DNA of 63,229 nucleotides, filler included, from Bonamia ostreae (lineage: Eukaryota): assembly GCA_040357525.1 (NCBI GenBank). It is 29 parts of 29 records of this genome, joined end to end, with 100 filler letters (N's around TTAATTAATTAA, not from the genome) between each part and the next. Parts side by side here need not be neighbours in the genome. Positions count along the whole stretch, not along the records: positions 1 to 2,098 come from JBDODL010001046.1; positions 2,199 to 4,295 come from JBDODL010001047.1; positions 4,396 to 6,492 come from JBDODL010001048.1; positions 6,593 to 8,688 come from JBDODL010001049.1; positions 8,789 to 10,884 come from JBDODL010001050.1; 24 more parts are not named here. One strand, 5' to 3'. The notes beneath the pieces were generated by a model. That model had not been told where the DNA came from and did no database searches. It saw only the letters and a list, made by a program, of their open reading frames with translations. Shown piece after piece: positions 1 through 10,984 of this stretch. A program made the translations under genes and the position numbers. Position 1 is the first letter of the stretch. Each line of letters opens with the position of its first letter.

Positions 1-194
1 AAAAAAGTGGAAATGTAAAATGGAGTAAGCATTTACTCAAATTACAAAATATTCATTCGCTCAAAATAGGTCTACTGTTACAATTCACAAAATTATATTT
101 TCAAAACAATAATGAACTATTTTTTCAAAACGATAATGAACAAAATTTTTATTCGAATATTATAAAAATACGAAAAAAGAGCAAATTAACCGAA

Positions 195-1594
195 ATGTTT
201 CAATTACTTTTATTAAAAATGCTCGATTTCTTGAATATTGATTTCAGTCGAATCGAAACGACCAGTCCTCCAGTTTCCGAAAAATGCACCGGAATCGGAT
301 TAGATTACAGAGGTAATCTGGCGTCCAGTGTTTCTGGCAAACAATGTTTGCAGTGGAGTTCTTTCTACAAAAATTTGTACAAAGAAGCCGGAATAGGCGA
401 ACACAATTATTGCCGCAACCCTCTTTTCGACACAAACGGCGTGTTTTGTATCGTCGAATATAACGGCGACCAAGATATTGTTGAACATTGCGACAAAAAG
501 TGTACTAGCGGATTCTTAGTCGAAAAACATAATTTTTTCTGTGACAAATTTGAAGTACTTCTTGAATACGGACCCTTCACCGATTGCCAAGAAAGATGTC
601 TGTCGAACCCCGATTGCAAATATTTTATCTATAAAGACAACGACAACAATTGTCTCCGCTGTCTTGCGTTAGATAGCAGCAACGAGATAAAGGGTGGATA
701 CAACTACGGAGGGGAGATGTATAAAAAATATGGCGAAGAGTCAAACATATATTGCAAATTAAGAATGAAAGATCTGGAAAGTGCATCTATCGACACAACT
801 TTCTGTCGCAGCAGTAACAGAAACGGTTTGGTCAATGTCTTCGATTGCAACGTCAAATGCAATCAAAATTACGTCGGGAACGTCAATATTCTGTGCAACA
901 ACAGTGAAGATTATTTTGTCGTTGATGATCAGTGCAAACGTTTATTATTTGATCACAAAAAATTGTGTTTGAAATTGTTTTTTTTTGCACATCTCAAACA
1001 AAAAAATTGTTACATTATCACAAACAACGTCGCTTTGTACGCCATTAACAAAAATTGTCACGCAATTTTAAATAAGCGGGTTGCTACTTCCCGGCCGAGA
1101 AAGCGGAAAAAAACAACATCGATTTGGAAAACTGCCAAACGTCGCAGACAAATTTGAAAAGTGTGGAAGAGTGCGAACTAAAATGCCTTCTGAACTCGCA
1201 AATCTCAACAAACATTAAAACAGAGAAAAGCGATGTCCACTGCAATACCGCGGGCGGCGAATTCTCATACAACTTGCAATGTCGCGCGAAAAAATGTTTT
1301 TTGAGCGACGAAGCTTTGGGCACTGAAGGAATAGATTTCAGTCAATGCGTTATGGGCGATAACAATGCAATAAAAGAGGAAGACTGCACTTTGTTCTGTA
1401 AAGAAAATTTTTCTGGTTTTGTTAACGCCATTTGTGGCGATGAAGGAATTTTTGTTATCGAAGGAAGGTGCAGTAGAGAGCCTGACGGGAGTGACATTGT
1501 GAGACAAAAATTGGAACCTGAAAAAATTGAAGATGGAGCAAAAATTGGCGAACCAAAATTGGGGAGCGATCTAAATGACGGCGAACTGGATTAA
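195..1594 (+). CDS. Cys-rich extracellular protein: kringle + PAN/apple + three 6-Cys sushi-like modules (5' end uncertain)
   Basis: Kringle motifs GLDYRG...SGKQCLQW...HNYCRNP; PAN-like CQERCLSNPDCKYFIY; removing intron 940-1076 (GTTT..TAAG) joins ORF 195 to ORF 1124 in frame; three ~62-aa 6-Cys repeats follow. Confidence 0.8.
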
Positions 1595-2098
1595 ATTAAA
1601 AATTTGGCTAAATTATAAAACTAAAATAATTTAATGGAAGAATTGGTGCAGTTTGCAAAAAATCCGAAGAGCAACCCTGAAAAGCTTTTGCGGAATAACA
1701 AAAATGCTAAAGCTTTTTCCCAAAACATATCGGAAAAACTTAAATCGAAGGTTTTTTATTTCACCATTAAAATTTAAATCGGAAAGCTTAAATCAAAGCT
1801 TTTCCTTTGTCGATCATAAACATTTAGAATTTATTTTTAATTTTCTGTCTCCATAAGAAGACAGATCAGGGAGGGAAAGCCCAATAAATGTTTATTCAAA
1901 TCACTCCACTTTCCTTTTCATCCTTTGTGGGAAGTTCGACGTTTCGTTTTAGTACTCATGTCGTTTTAGCATTTAACCAGGTCTAGTTAAGATTTAGTGG
2001 AAGTGCCGCGTTTTTTTAATTTGGCAGTCTGAATTTTTTGGACACTGTACTCGAAAGTTGGCAGGTTTTTTGAGTTTGACGGTGTTGTTTGGGTGTCT

Positions 2099-2198
2099 NN
2101 NNNNNNNNNNNNNNNNNNNNNNNNNNNNNNNNNNNNNNNNNNTTAATTAATTAANNNNNNNNNNNNNNNNNNNNNNNNNNNNNNNNNNNNNNNNNNNN
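2099..2198. other. Artificial contig spacer (first of 28 identical spacers)
   Basis: 44 N + TTAATTAATTAA (stops in all six frames) + 44 N, recurring every ~2.17-2.20 kb; contig lengths fall from 2098 to 2065 bp. Confidence 0.99.
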
Positions 2199-2894
2199 AA
2201 GATCAATTCAGCTAGAAAACGTACATAGTAAATTAAAAATTGTGCGATTCATTTTCTTTGTAAGTAATTTCTTTTGTCTCAATATCCCAATATGAAACAC
2301 TGATAACCTGTCTCAGTTATATTTTGTCAATGAGTTCCATAAATCTCTTAGTGAAAATAACTGCTTTCAGTGAAAAAAAAGATAACTGCTTCGAGTTGAA
2401 AGAAAATAACTACTTTCAGTTAAAAAAAAAAAAAGATGACTGCTACTAGTTACAAAGAAATTGTTCAATGCCATGGTTGTTCAATAGATTATGACTATGA
2501 AATGTTAGTTCCTTCTCAATATTGTCTTGGATTTTTGATGGTAACAAAAAGAATGAACAGTATATCTGCAAGTTTAACATGTATCATGATGAATAGAGAA
2601 GAAAAATTCAGGTTTATCAGGTTTACATGAGAAAATCATGTAAAGGCATACCCTTGAATCCAACAGTGTATTTTATTTTATTTTCCCCCAGAGTTATTCC
2701 TTAGCTTAAAGGTTTTCAATGCACACTCATTGTACATATTGTATCACAAATTTTGATTGTCTGGAAATGGTTATGAAACTTTGTATGAATTGATGTAGGC
2801 TGCCCATTTGATCGAAATGTTGATTTATGTGTTAAATTGTATCTTAATCGAATTTTATAATATATATGTTCCGTTTTAAATTAAATTTTCAAAC

Positions 2895-3080
2895 ATTTTT
2901 GGCTCACATGAGCCAACGCCTCTAGAGAGCCTCTCTGATCAATATTTGTCCGTTGTCTGTCGTTGGCATTGTAATTGTCAAGTTTTCCATTTTCATGTTT
3001 TTCTCCAGGACTACAATCTCGACAAAACTTGGCACAGAGTATCCCTTGGTGCAGAGGATTCCAGTCTATTCAAATGTAGG
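2895..3080 (+). mobile_element. Degenerate oyster-type Helitron/Helentron-associated non-autonomous element (Cg170-like satellite-linked end), host DNA
   Basis: TTTTTGGCTCACATGAGCC...TCTGATCAATATTTGTCCGTTGTC...AAACTTGGCACAGAGTATCCCTTGGTG...TTCAAATG resembles the abundant oyster repeat as I recall it; not checked by search. Confidence 0.65.
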
Positions 3081-3395
3081 AGGGAATGACTAATGAAGAA
3101 GTGCATGCAACTGGGGATGGGGACAGCGTCATGAATATTGACAGAAGAACAACAAAGACTGTCCAGGAACAACACATTGCTGACGAAGCCAAAAAGGATG
3201 AATCCGTAAGTCCTTTCGTCCTTCAATCAGCAGATCAGTGTTATCAAGGCAGTTTTCAATATGTTTTTGAATGAATTCATAGAATACATATCTCTTCTTT
3301 ATTGTAGGAGGGAATGACTAATGAAGAAGTGCAAACAACTGGGGATGGGGACAGCGTCATGAATATTGAAAGAAGTACATCAAAGACTGTCCAGT
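3076..3395 (+). repeat. Direct duplication of an ~90-bp exon-like segment (host contig)
   Basis: GTAGGAGGGAATGACTAATGAAGAAGTGCA...GGGGACAGCGTCATGAATATTGA occurs at ~3076 and ~3304. Confidence 0.85.
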
Positions 3396-4395
3396 CTATG
3401 ACAGTTGGTTCCTATTTAGAAATTCAGCATGGAACTGAAAAATTTAAAGCAGTGGTAAGTATGTTGAAGAATCCGTGTGATCAGCATGATCATAATAACT
3501 TTTCCCAGGAAAATTAAGTTAAATTATTCTTCTAATATCAACATCATTGATGTCATCAGTGTGCAAATTACATGAAAATTTAATACCCAATTATGTTTTA
3601 ATAGTGAAAAAATAAACATTGGGCAGCTGAAGTAATAATTGAATTGGATATTTTAAAATGGAAATGCTCAGTCAGTAGTGACCCTTGAATATAAACGGAA
3701 AAGTAACCTATTCCAGTTAAATAATGTTTAACTCAAAACTTCTATTGACACAGAGAAGAAGCTAATACAATTTCACATTAAAAATTTGGAAGTAAATGGC
3801 CATTTTGTTAAATATTTTCATGATCATGTTAATGTGGAATGGATGTCATTTTTAATAGGAGTGAAAAATTAATCATGATTAATATCTGTTTAACAATAAA
3901 AAATGGTTGTTTTGGGGAAATTCTGGTATATGTTCTAAAGGTTAAAGATAACTGAGGACAGTTTTTATGAAAAATCTGTTGGTGAAAAAAACCCATTTAA
4001 TCTTAAAATGTAAATCATATGCAATGATGATGATATAATAATTTCAGTAATAGTCAGTTCTCTTTTTTAGATAACCAAAGTGTCAGAAGACCCACAAGGG
4101 TACTGGGTTCAATTCTTTTTAAAAACAAGAAGCAAATATACCCTGCAAGAGAAGGAATTCTTCATTCTCCCCACTGATGTTTTAAGACAAATTCAAGAAC
4201 CAAGTTTAGAGGCCAGTGGGTCAAGAATGTATTTTAACTTTTGAAGTAGGTCCTCCTCCCCCTCCCCATCTGATGTGTTGATCATCTTTGGAAAGNNNNN
4301 NNNNNNNNNNNNNNNNNNNNNNNNNNNNNNNNNNNNNNNTTAATTAATTAANNNNNNNNNNNNNNNNNNNNNNNNNNNNNNNNNNNNNNNNNNNN

Positions 4396-4677
4396 CAGAA
4401 AGACGCACCGAGACCTTTCCCGATTCACAGCCCCGCTGCTACTCCTCTCAGAATGCCTTTCCAAATGCCGCCCGGGATGATGATGCCAGCTCCTCCGATG
4501 ATGGGATTCCCATTAAACGGACAATTCGCCCAAAGGCCTGGATCCCTCCCTGGATTTCAGCCGAGAGGGTTACCGTTTCCGCCGGGGAGACCCAATGTCC
4601 CCTTCCCCGGAAATATGCCTTTTCCGCCGCCAGTCGGCAGAATGCCCAACGGAAATCCCAATAATAGCAATAAATGA
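4396..4677 (+). CDS. Pro/Met/Gly-rich C-terminus of an unidentified protein (5' truncated; typical of RNA-processing factors)
   Basis: Open GC-rich frame from contig start to TGA 4677; MPPGMMMPAPPMMG low-complexity tail. Confidence 0.6.
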   Translation, partial: QKDAPRPFPIHSPAATPLRMPFQMPPGMMMPAPPMMGFPLNGQFAQRPGSLPGFQPRGLPFPPGRPNVPFPGNMPFPPPVGRMPNGNPNNSNK

Positions 4678-5203
4678 AATTTTATCGTAATTTCAGTCGA
4701 ATTTTTTTTATCAATTTTCTTGTTCTCCAAAACAAAAACTGCTTTTTTGTTATATTAACTTTTGCTTTGTTATAAATCATTTGCTCTCTTTATTGCAAAA
4801 ATTATAGTTATCCAATATTGAAATGACAAATTTATTTTTTGAATTTATTTAGCGGATAAAAACAGACTTTAATTGAAAATAATTTGTTGAAAATAATTAT
4901 TTTTGAAAATTTTGATGTTTTTCGTCTAAAAATGTTGAAAATTCTTTTCATCGATTAAAATTTTTTTCAGCAAATTCTCTTTATTGAATGTTAGAGATAA
5001 ATTGAAATAATATTACATTCGATCAAAAATATTAAAATATAATCATGTACTCAAATACGATCATTAAAATGTCTCTATATATGCGCAAACGTTATAAACC
5101 GCAAATTATATTAATGCACACACGTATAGTAACAAAACGAAATATAGAAATTATATTTTAAAACATTAAGAAAACTAAAACTTTTGAGCTTAAGGCATTC
5201 ATA

Positions 5204-5736
5204 ATGGCAAAAAACCTGTTAAGTTTTAAATTCAACAATCAAAACTGGTTCGTTACAACCGATTATTGTTGTCTAATAACAGGAAACATTGTTTTTACGA
5301 TAAACTTAAAATGATCCTGAAGACTATAGCTCTTCTTATCTTTGGTCATTACGCTTTCGTCACTTTCGTTTTGAAACCTTGGATAGGTTTCAATCTAATC
5401 TCGATTCTGCACGGTTTCTTCACGATAATGGCTATGATGTCCCATATTCGCAGTCAATTCACAGATCCCGGAGACATTAAAAGGCACAATAAGGTTTCAG
5501 ATAACGAGGAAGCGAAGAATCGTCTTTGTATCGTCTGTTTTGCAGATAAACCAGCATCTGTGCATCATTGCAGTGTCTGCAAGAAATGTATACTCGATAT
5601 GGACCACCATTGTCCGTGGATTAACAATTGTGTGGGTTATTTGAATCAAAAGTATTTTGTTTTGTTTCTTTTCTACACTTTTCTTACTTGTGCAATAGCA
5701 ATCGTTTTTTATAAAATATTTTTTCGTTGTTTGTAA
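5204..5736 (+). CDS. DHHC palmitoyltransferase (ZDHHC3/7-like), apparently 3'-truncated
   Basis: ATG 5204; 32-nt intron 5291-5322; TDPG, CxxC, HHCSVC, MDHHCPWINNCVG..NQKYFVLFL. Confidence 0.9.
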
Positions 5737-5761
5737 AAAAGTTTGAAATTTAAAATTTTCT

Positions 5762-6492
5762 GATCACAACATAAAAAGATGCGGAATCTGCGAAAAAATG
5801 ATGGAACTACATGAAATGGTCCCAAACAAAAAATACGTTTTGATCTGCAAAAAGTGCAAAAAACATTACAACATCTTCCTAAAAAACGGACAAATCAGCG
5901 TAAAATCGCCAGACTTTTATTGCCCCATTTGTAAGTTCCAAGTGCTCCTCGTAAAAAGCCGCCAAAACAGACAAAAGTCTTCTTTTTATAATCTCTGTCC
6001 TTATTGCTACAACCACCCATCGCACCAAAACATTAGTCAAAACAACAATGACCTCAGTCAAACAAACTTTGCCAAACATTTAAAGTGTTTTCAGTGCACC
6101 TTCGAAAATTGCGTTTTGTCCAACAAATCTAAACCGGTCCAAAAATGTCCTTTGTGTCCGAGCAACCTGCTCGCCAGAAAAATAAAAGACAATCTGCACG
6201 TTCTTTCGTGCAGTTCTTATCCTCTTTGCGACTACACGCAATGGTTGGATGGCGTGGCAAAGATGGAAGTGAAAGACAGCGATTGCAGTCGATGTTCGGC
6301 GAATGGGCAGAAAGTGAAAACAGTCAAATTTAACTTCAAGATGGGCGCGGTGGATGCCTCTGTGCCGCTTTTTTATGAAGGATGCATTGTCTGTGATCCA
6401 GTGCTTAAAAGCACTTTTGCTCCGGGGAAGAGAAGTGGCAAAAAGAAAAGTTTAAGAGGCGTCAACAAAAACAAAAGAGGTTTCGGTAAAAA
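5762..6492 (+). CDS. C-terminal zinc-ribbon region of a DNA topoisomerase III
   Basis: Series of CxxC pairs incl. LCPYCYNHP, CFQCTFENC, LSCSSYPLCDYTQWL, GCIVCDPVL; basic tail. Confidence 0.75.
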
Positions 6493-6592
6493 NNNNNNNN
6501 NNNNNNNNNNNNNNNNNNNNNNNNNNNNNNNNNNNNTTAATTAATTAANNNNNNNNNNNNNNNNNNNNNNNNNNNNNNNNNNNNNNNNNNNN

Positions 6593-7787
6593 TTTTGCAA
6601 CTATATTAAATATTTTTATTGAATTTTATCAAATGTTTTGAAAATTCGATAAACTTTTGCCAAGCGTTAGCTTCAAACGTCAATTTTCCGACGTTGACCG
6701 GCGGCAGTTGCAGAAAATCGCCACACAGAACTAATTGAATGCCGCCGAAAGGCTTCTCATTCGATCTCATTTTCCGCGCTATAAAGTCCAATTTGTCGAA
6801 AATAACTCCAGATATCATTGAAATCTTAAATTTCCGTTTAAAACTTCGTCGATTATTAAGATTTTAGTCGACATCCAACGAGAGTAAACTTCCCTTTTCT
6901 TTCTTATGTTCTTTACAAGTTTTTCGGGTTGGCCTTTCCCGAACCCGATTCCGGCCCAACTTTACTTAAAATTTGGTCCAACCTGTGAAGCGTTCTTCCA
7001 TTCAAGTTGAACGCGGCGAGTCCAGTCGACGCTGTCACGTGGACTTTTAGTTTTCTTTGTTTCAAAACAGCGTGAATTTCTTTTATCAAAACGCCTAAAT
7101 TTTTAAAATTGATCAACAAAACTTTTTCCAGTACCGGCGCAACCTGTGAAGAAGACATTTTTGCCTTCAACAACTTGTTTTAGAACGTTTTTCTGTTGAT
7201 CTGACAAAACTAGGTTTTTCAGCTTTTGCCCAATTTCCGCCATTTTCCCGTCTTTTTTGTGTTCTATCCTTCTCGGCCTTTTAAAAGGAGTGCTTAAAGC
7301 CATCGGCTTTTTAGCCGAATTGATATTGTCGCTGTAGTTTATCTTTGTCGTAGTGTTTTTTCCATGATCAGAATTTTTCCTTTTTGGTGTTTTTTGATCC
7401 GTTTTTATCGTTTTGGCGAGATCTTTTCTGTGAAATTTTTCGCCTCGATAACTGATTTTTTCTAGCCGCGGTTGGTTTGGATACGGCTTCGATCTCGCTA
7501 GTTCTGAAATGAACTTGTTTTTCAACACTTTATTTTCACTAATTTTTCGTTTTAAACTTGTACACTGGGAATTTTGAGCACAAGTTCGATCTCGACTTTT
7601 CTTTGTATTTGAGTTTTTTCTTTCTTGTGATCGCTTTGTTCTTCGCTTCCAGAATGTTTTCTTTCGATGGGCTCATGTACTTTTCCCTCGAAGCTGATAA
7701 AAGCTTTTCGGATATTGCTAGAAATTCGTCGCTATTGGCGTTTCTAAACCCTGTTTTCGGGGTGTCTGTTTTGGCAATTCCGCTCAT
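6593..7787 (-). CDS. PIF1: Pif1-family 5'-3' DNA helicase (3' truncated)
   Basis: FFTGCAGTGKS, TASTGLAA, TLHSWAGIG, LIIDEISM, PFGGIQLVLCGDFLQLPPV restored by introns 7095-7122 (28 nt), 6960-6982 (23 nt) and 6825-6844 (20 nt). Confidence 0.95.
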
Positions 7788-8788
7788 CCGTCGATTTGAA
7801 GTTTAAGTGAAGATATATAGTGTTGTTTTAATATGTCTAAATTTGTTGAGATTTAATATGGATTGTTGAAAAGTTAAAACGATGTTATTTTTAATTTCAG
7901 ACGGGAATTTTTAGTTATTTTTATAACTTTTGCCGACTACAGAATGTCGAGCAATTAGTGCAGGTCGAAATCCTATCTCTTTTTCGACTTGTTCCTCGAT
8001 TATTATCGCTATAAGTGTGGGCGCAGCTCCCGCGAAAACATCCTCCTTCTGTACTATCCAGTCCCTTTCGAGAGATTATAAATAATCCTTCATTCTGACC
8101 TTCAAAACTAGTCTTATTTTGCTGAGTTTGTTCTGTTATTGTTTTTTGTAATAATTTTCTGTACTCCCCAAAGCACCTTTATTTCTTGTTTGATTTTTTG
8201 ATTTGCCGCCTCTCTGATGAGAGAGAGTGTCAGAGATGTAGTCAATCAAATGCGTAGGCGTAACCGACACAATGTAAATTTTTAAACTGGAGGAGATATT
8301 GCAATTGACTGTGCTTCGGATAAAAAACGTTTGTTTTATTATCTACAAGAAATTTTTACTCTTTCCGTTTTTGGGAAGAGAAAAACTAATTCCAAACTTT
8401 CTTTTGAGTCTAACTCATTCAGTTTTATTGTTGTGCTTCTTTTGCTTGAATATCATGAATTTGTTTTTTCTTTTGGAATCTATGTTCCAAATTTTTTTCA
8501 GATTAGTTTTTTTTCAGATCTATGTTCCAATTCTTCGTTGTATTTTGCACTTACGGTTATTACAAAACCGTCTGCGTACGCGATTATGTCGTTTTATTAT
8601 AAAAAATTTGACGTTTCACAACTATGGATGAAAAATTATTATCTGTATGAAATTGATTTCTGTTGAAAATTAATATCGGTATCTATTGNNNNNNNNNNNN
8701 NNNNNNNNNNNNNNNNNNNNNNNNNNNNNNNNTTAATTAATTAANNNNNNNNNNNNNNNNNNNNNNNNNNNNNNNNNNNNNNNNNNNN

Positions 8789-8955
8789 AATTTTTTCCGC
8801 CATTTTTAGCAAAATTTGTTTTTACCGAATTTATTTCAATTAATTTTTTCCGCCATTTTTAGCAAAATTTGTTTTTACCGAATTTATTTCAATTAATTTT
8901 TTCCGCCATTTTTAGCAAAATTTGTTTTTACCGAATTTATTTCAATTAAATTTTT
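8789..8955. repeat. Tandem repeat, 53-bp unit x3 (probably intronic)
   Basis: CCGCCATTTTTAGCAAAATTTG unit begins at 8797, 8850 and 8903. Confidence 0.95.
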
Positions 8956-8959
8956 CAAA

Positions 8960-9618
8960 TAATCGACTTATCGAAAAGGCCCTTAAATGCGGCGAACCAT
9001 TTATAGTTCACAAATACCACGACGGAATCCTGACCAATTTCAGTTATTTGAGCTCGAAAGCAAAAGAACGTCGCTTTTTCAGAATGGACAAAGCAGAAAA
9101 CCGCGACATTAAAGACGTCATGAAAAAATACGCGCGTTATCGTTTATCCGACGGCATTCCTTCCATTATCGTCTTAATGCACAAAACCGGAAACGAAATT
9201 CTGATCAACGAAGCAGATCGCGTCGGGTTCGACCAAATTTTTTAGATTTAATTTTTTAAATTTTAATCTCCAAAATCTTTCCATTTTTAGAATTCCTGTC
9301 GCCTGTTTATGCGACAGCGATGTCGACCCGTCGCGGATAATGTACGTTATCCCCGGGAACGATGACAACGAGCCATCTGTCAGGTACGTCATGGAAATGC
9401 TCTCAAACGCCATTTTAGAGAAAAAGAAAAATATTCGATTTTGGAGGAAACTGATTGACATTCAGAGAAAAGAGCCGAAAAAGCTTTATTCCCCGAACGT
9501 AAAACCAAATTTGTCGTTAAGAAAGGGTTTGACTCAAATTGAAATGCTCAACCCAAAAATCGTTTTTACAAATTTAACTCGTTTTTTATAATAGAGACCG
9601 AAAAGAAAAAATGATTAA
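8960..9618 (+). CDS. MRPS2: Mitochondrial ribosomal protein uS2m (5' truncated)
   Basis: GILTNF...P..IIVL...EADRVG/IPVACLCDSDVDPSRIMYVIPGNDD: organellar/bacterial-type S2 signature split by a GTTC..TAG intron. Confidence 0.85.
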
Positions 9619-9913
9619 TTTATCACAACTTCTTTTCGCTATTATTATTTTAAAAACACGAAAGAATGCAACAATTTTAGACTATTTTTAAGTTCAACGT
9701 CGTCAAATGGCTCGTCGCTAATTTTTAATGACGATTCTTTTGGCGAAAAAACGGACATTTCTTCGCTGAAAATTGCAAAAATAACTTTTGAAAATCCTTT
9801 TCGTCGTCGTTTTCATGTTTAATGAATTCGAGATATTTGTCCAAAATGTCAAAAAAAGATCTTTTTTTTTTGTATTTAAAATTGTCGATAAAGTTTAAAA
9901 TTTAGTTTTGAGC

Positions 9914-10165
9914 TTATTTAAACTTTGAAGAATGGCTGTCCGGTTCGTTATAAATTTGAAAATTCGTGTTTAAACTGAGCACTCTTTCGCCGTTTGGCAG
10001 TTTTTTAGAATAGAACAATAATTCGTCTCCAAATTTGTTTCTGATCGATTTGGCTATTTTCGCCGGAAAATAAGACAGATTTCTTTTGGTCGCTTTTCTG
10101 TAAAAATAAAAAAGTAAAATGGCTCCCGCTGATATTATTATGGCTCCAAACGCCCTTTTCTTCAT
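9914..10165 (-). CDS. Small hypothetical protein with N-terminal hydrophobic anchor
   Basis: ORF MKKRAFGAIIISAGAILLFYFYRK; divergent from TOP3B; probably continues across an intron. Confidence 0.4.
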   Translation of the reverse strand: MKKRAFGAIIISAGAILLFYFYRKATKRNLSYFPAKIAKSIRNKFGDELLFYSKKLPNGERVLSLNTNFQIYNEPDSHSSKFK

Positions 10166-10426
10166 TAAATTTATATCGGAGATATAAAAGCTTTTCGATT
10201 TTGACGTTAAAAATGGGTTTAGCCATATTTATTAGTTGTTTTTCACATAAAATGATCAGTTTTGATCAAATAGCAATTTTTTTACATTTTTTACATAATT
10301 TGGTTTTTGGACCTTTTTCTGTGTTTCTTTAATTATTTTGATTTGCCGATTTTTGTTTTCATGTTCTTCAGTTTTATAAATCGGGCTAAATATTTTTCAC
10401 AAAGCTTAACAAAATAAGCTTTAAAA

Positions 10427-10884
10427 ATGGCCTCGAACATTGCCTTGATTGTGGGAGAGAAACCAAGCGTTGCTCTCTCAGTAGCAAAAGCCCTTTCGAA
10501 CAACAATTTCCAAAGCAAAAAGTCGTTCGCAACACCAATTCACGAATTCACTGGCAGTTTCCAGGACAAAAGGACTGTTTTCCGATGCACTTCGGTGACT
10601 GGACATGTTCTCAACATCGATTTCCACCCCAAATACAGGAACTGGACCGACACCGAACCGCGAGAACTTTTTACGGCCAAAACAGAGAAGAATCCGGCGG
10701 ACAAAAATGGCAAAATTTGCAAACATTTGCAAATCGCTGCTAAGAACGTCAAATATCTGATTCTTTGGCTTGATTGTGACCGAGAAGGCGAGAATATTTG
10801 TTTTGAAGTGATCGACCAATGCCGTTTTTCGATGGTCAATTATTCTCCAAAGGTTAATTTTAATAAATCTTTATATTTGCAATA
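10427..10884 (+). CDS. TOP3B: DNA topoisomerase III beta, N-terminal TOPRIM domain (3' truncated)
   Basis: VGEKPSVA, TSVTGHV, LILWLDCDREGENICFEV. Confidence 0.9.
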
Positions 10885-10984
10885 NNNNNNNNNNNNNNNN
10901 NNNNNNNNNNNNNNNNNNNNNNNNNNNNTTAATTAATTAANNNNNNNNNNNNNNNNNNNNNNNNNNNNNNNNNNNNNNNNNNNN

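Noticed and set aside
7850-8688. Possible snoRNA/snRNA or membrane-protein gene upstream of Pif1 (TGATGA near 8215; ORFs 8299 and 8331)
   Set aside because: No convincing box/structure set or protein motif recognisable by eye; left uncalled
5762-10884. Top3 C-terminal zinc ribbons and TOP3B N-terminus as one rearranged gene
   Set aside because: Different contigs; the second half of the C-terminal piece looks more TOP3A-like, so they cannot be joined from this data
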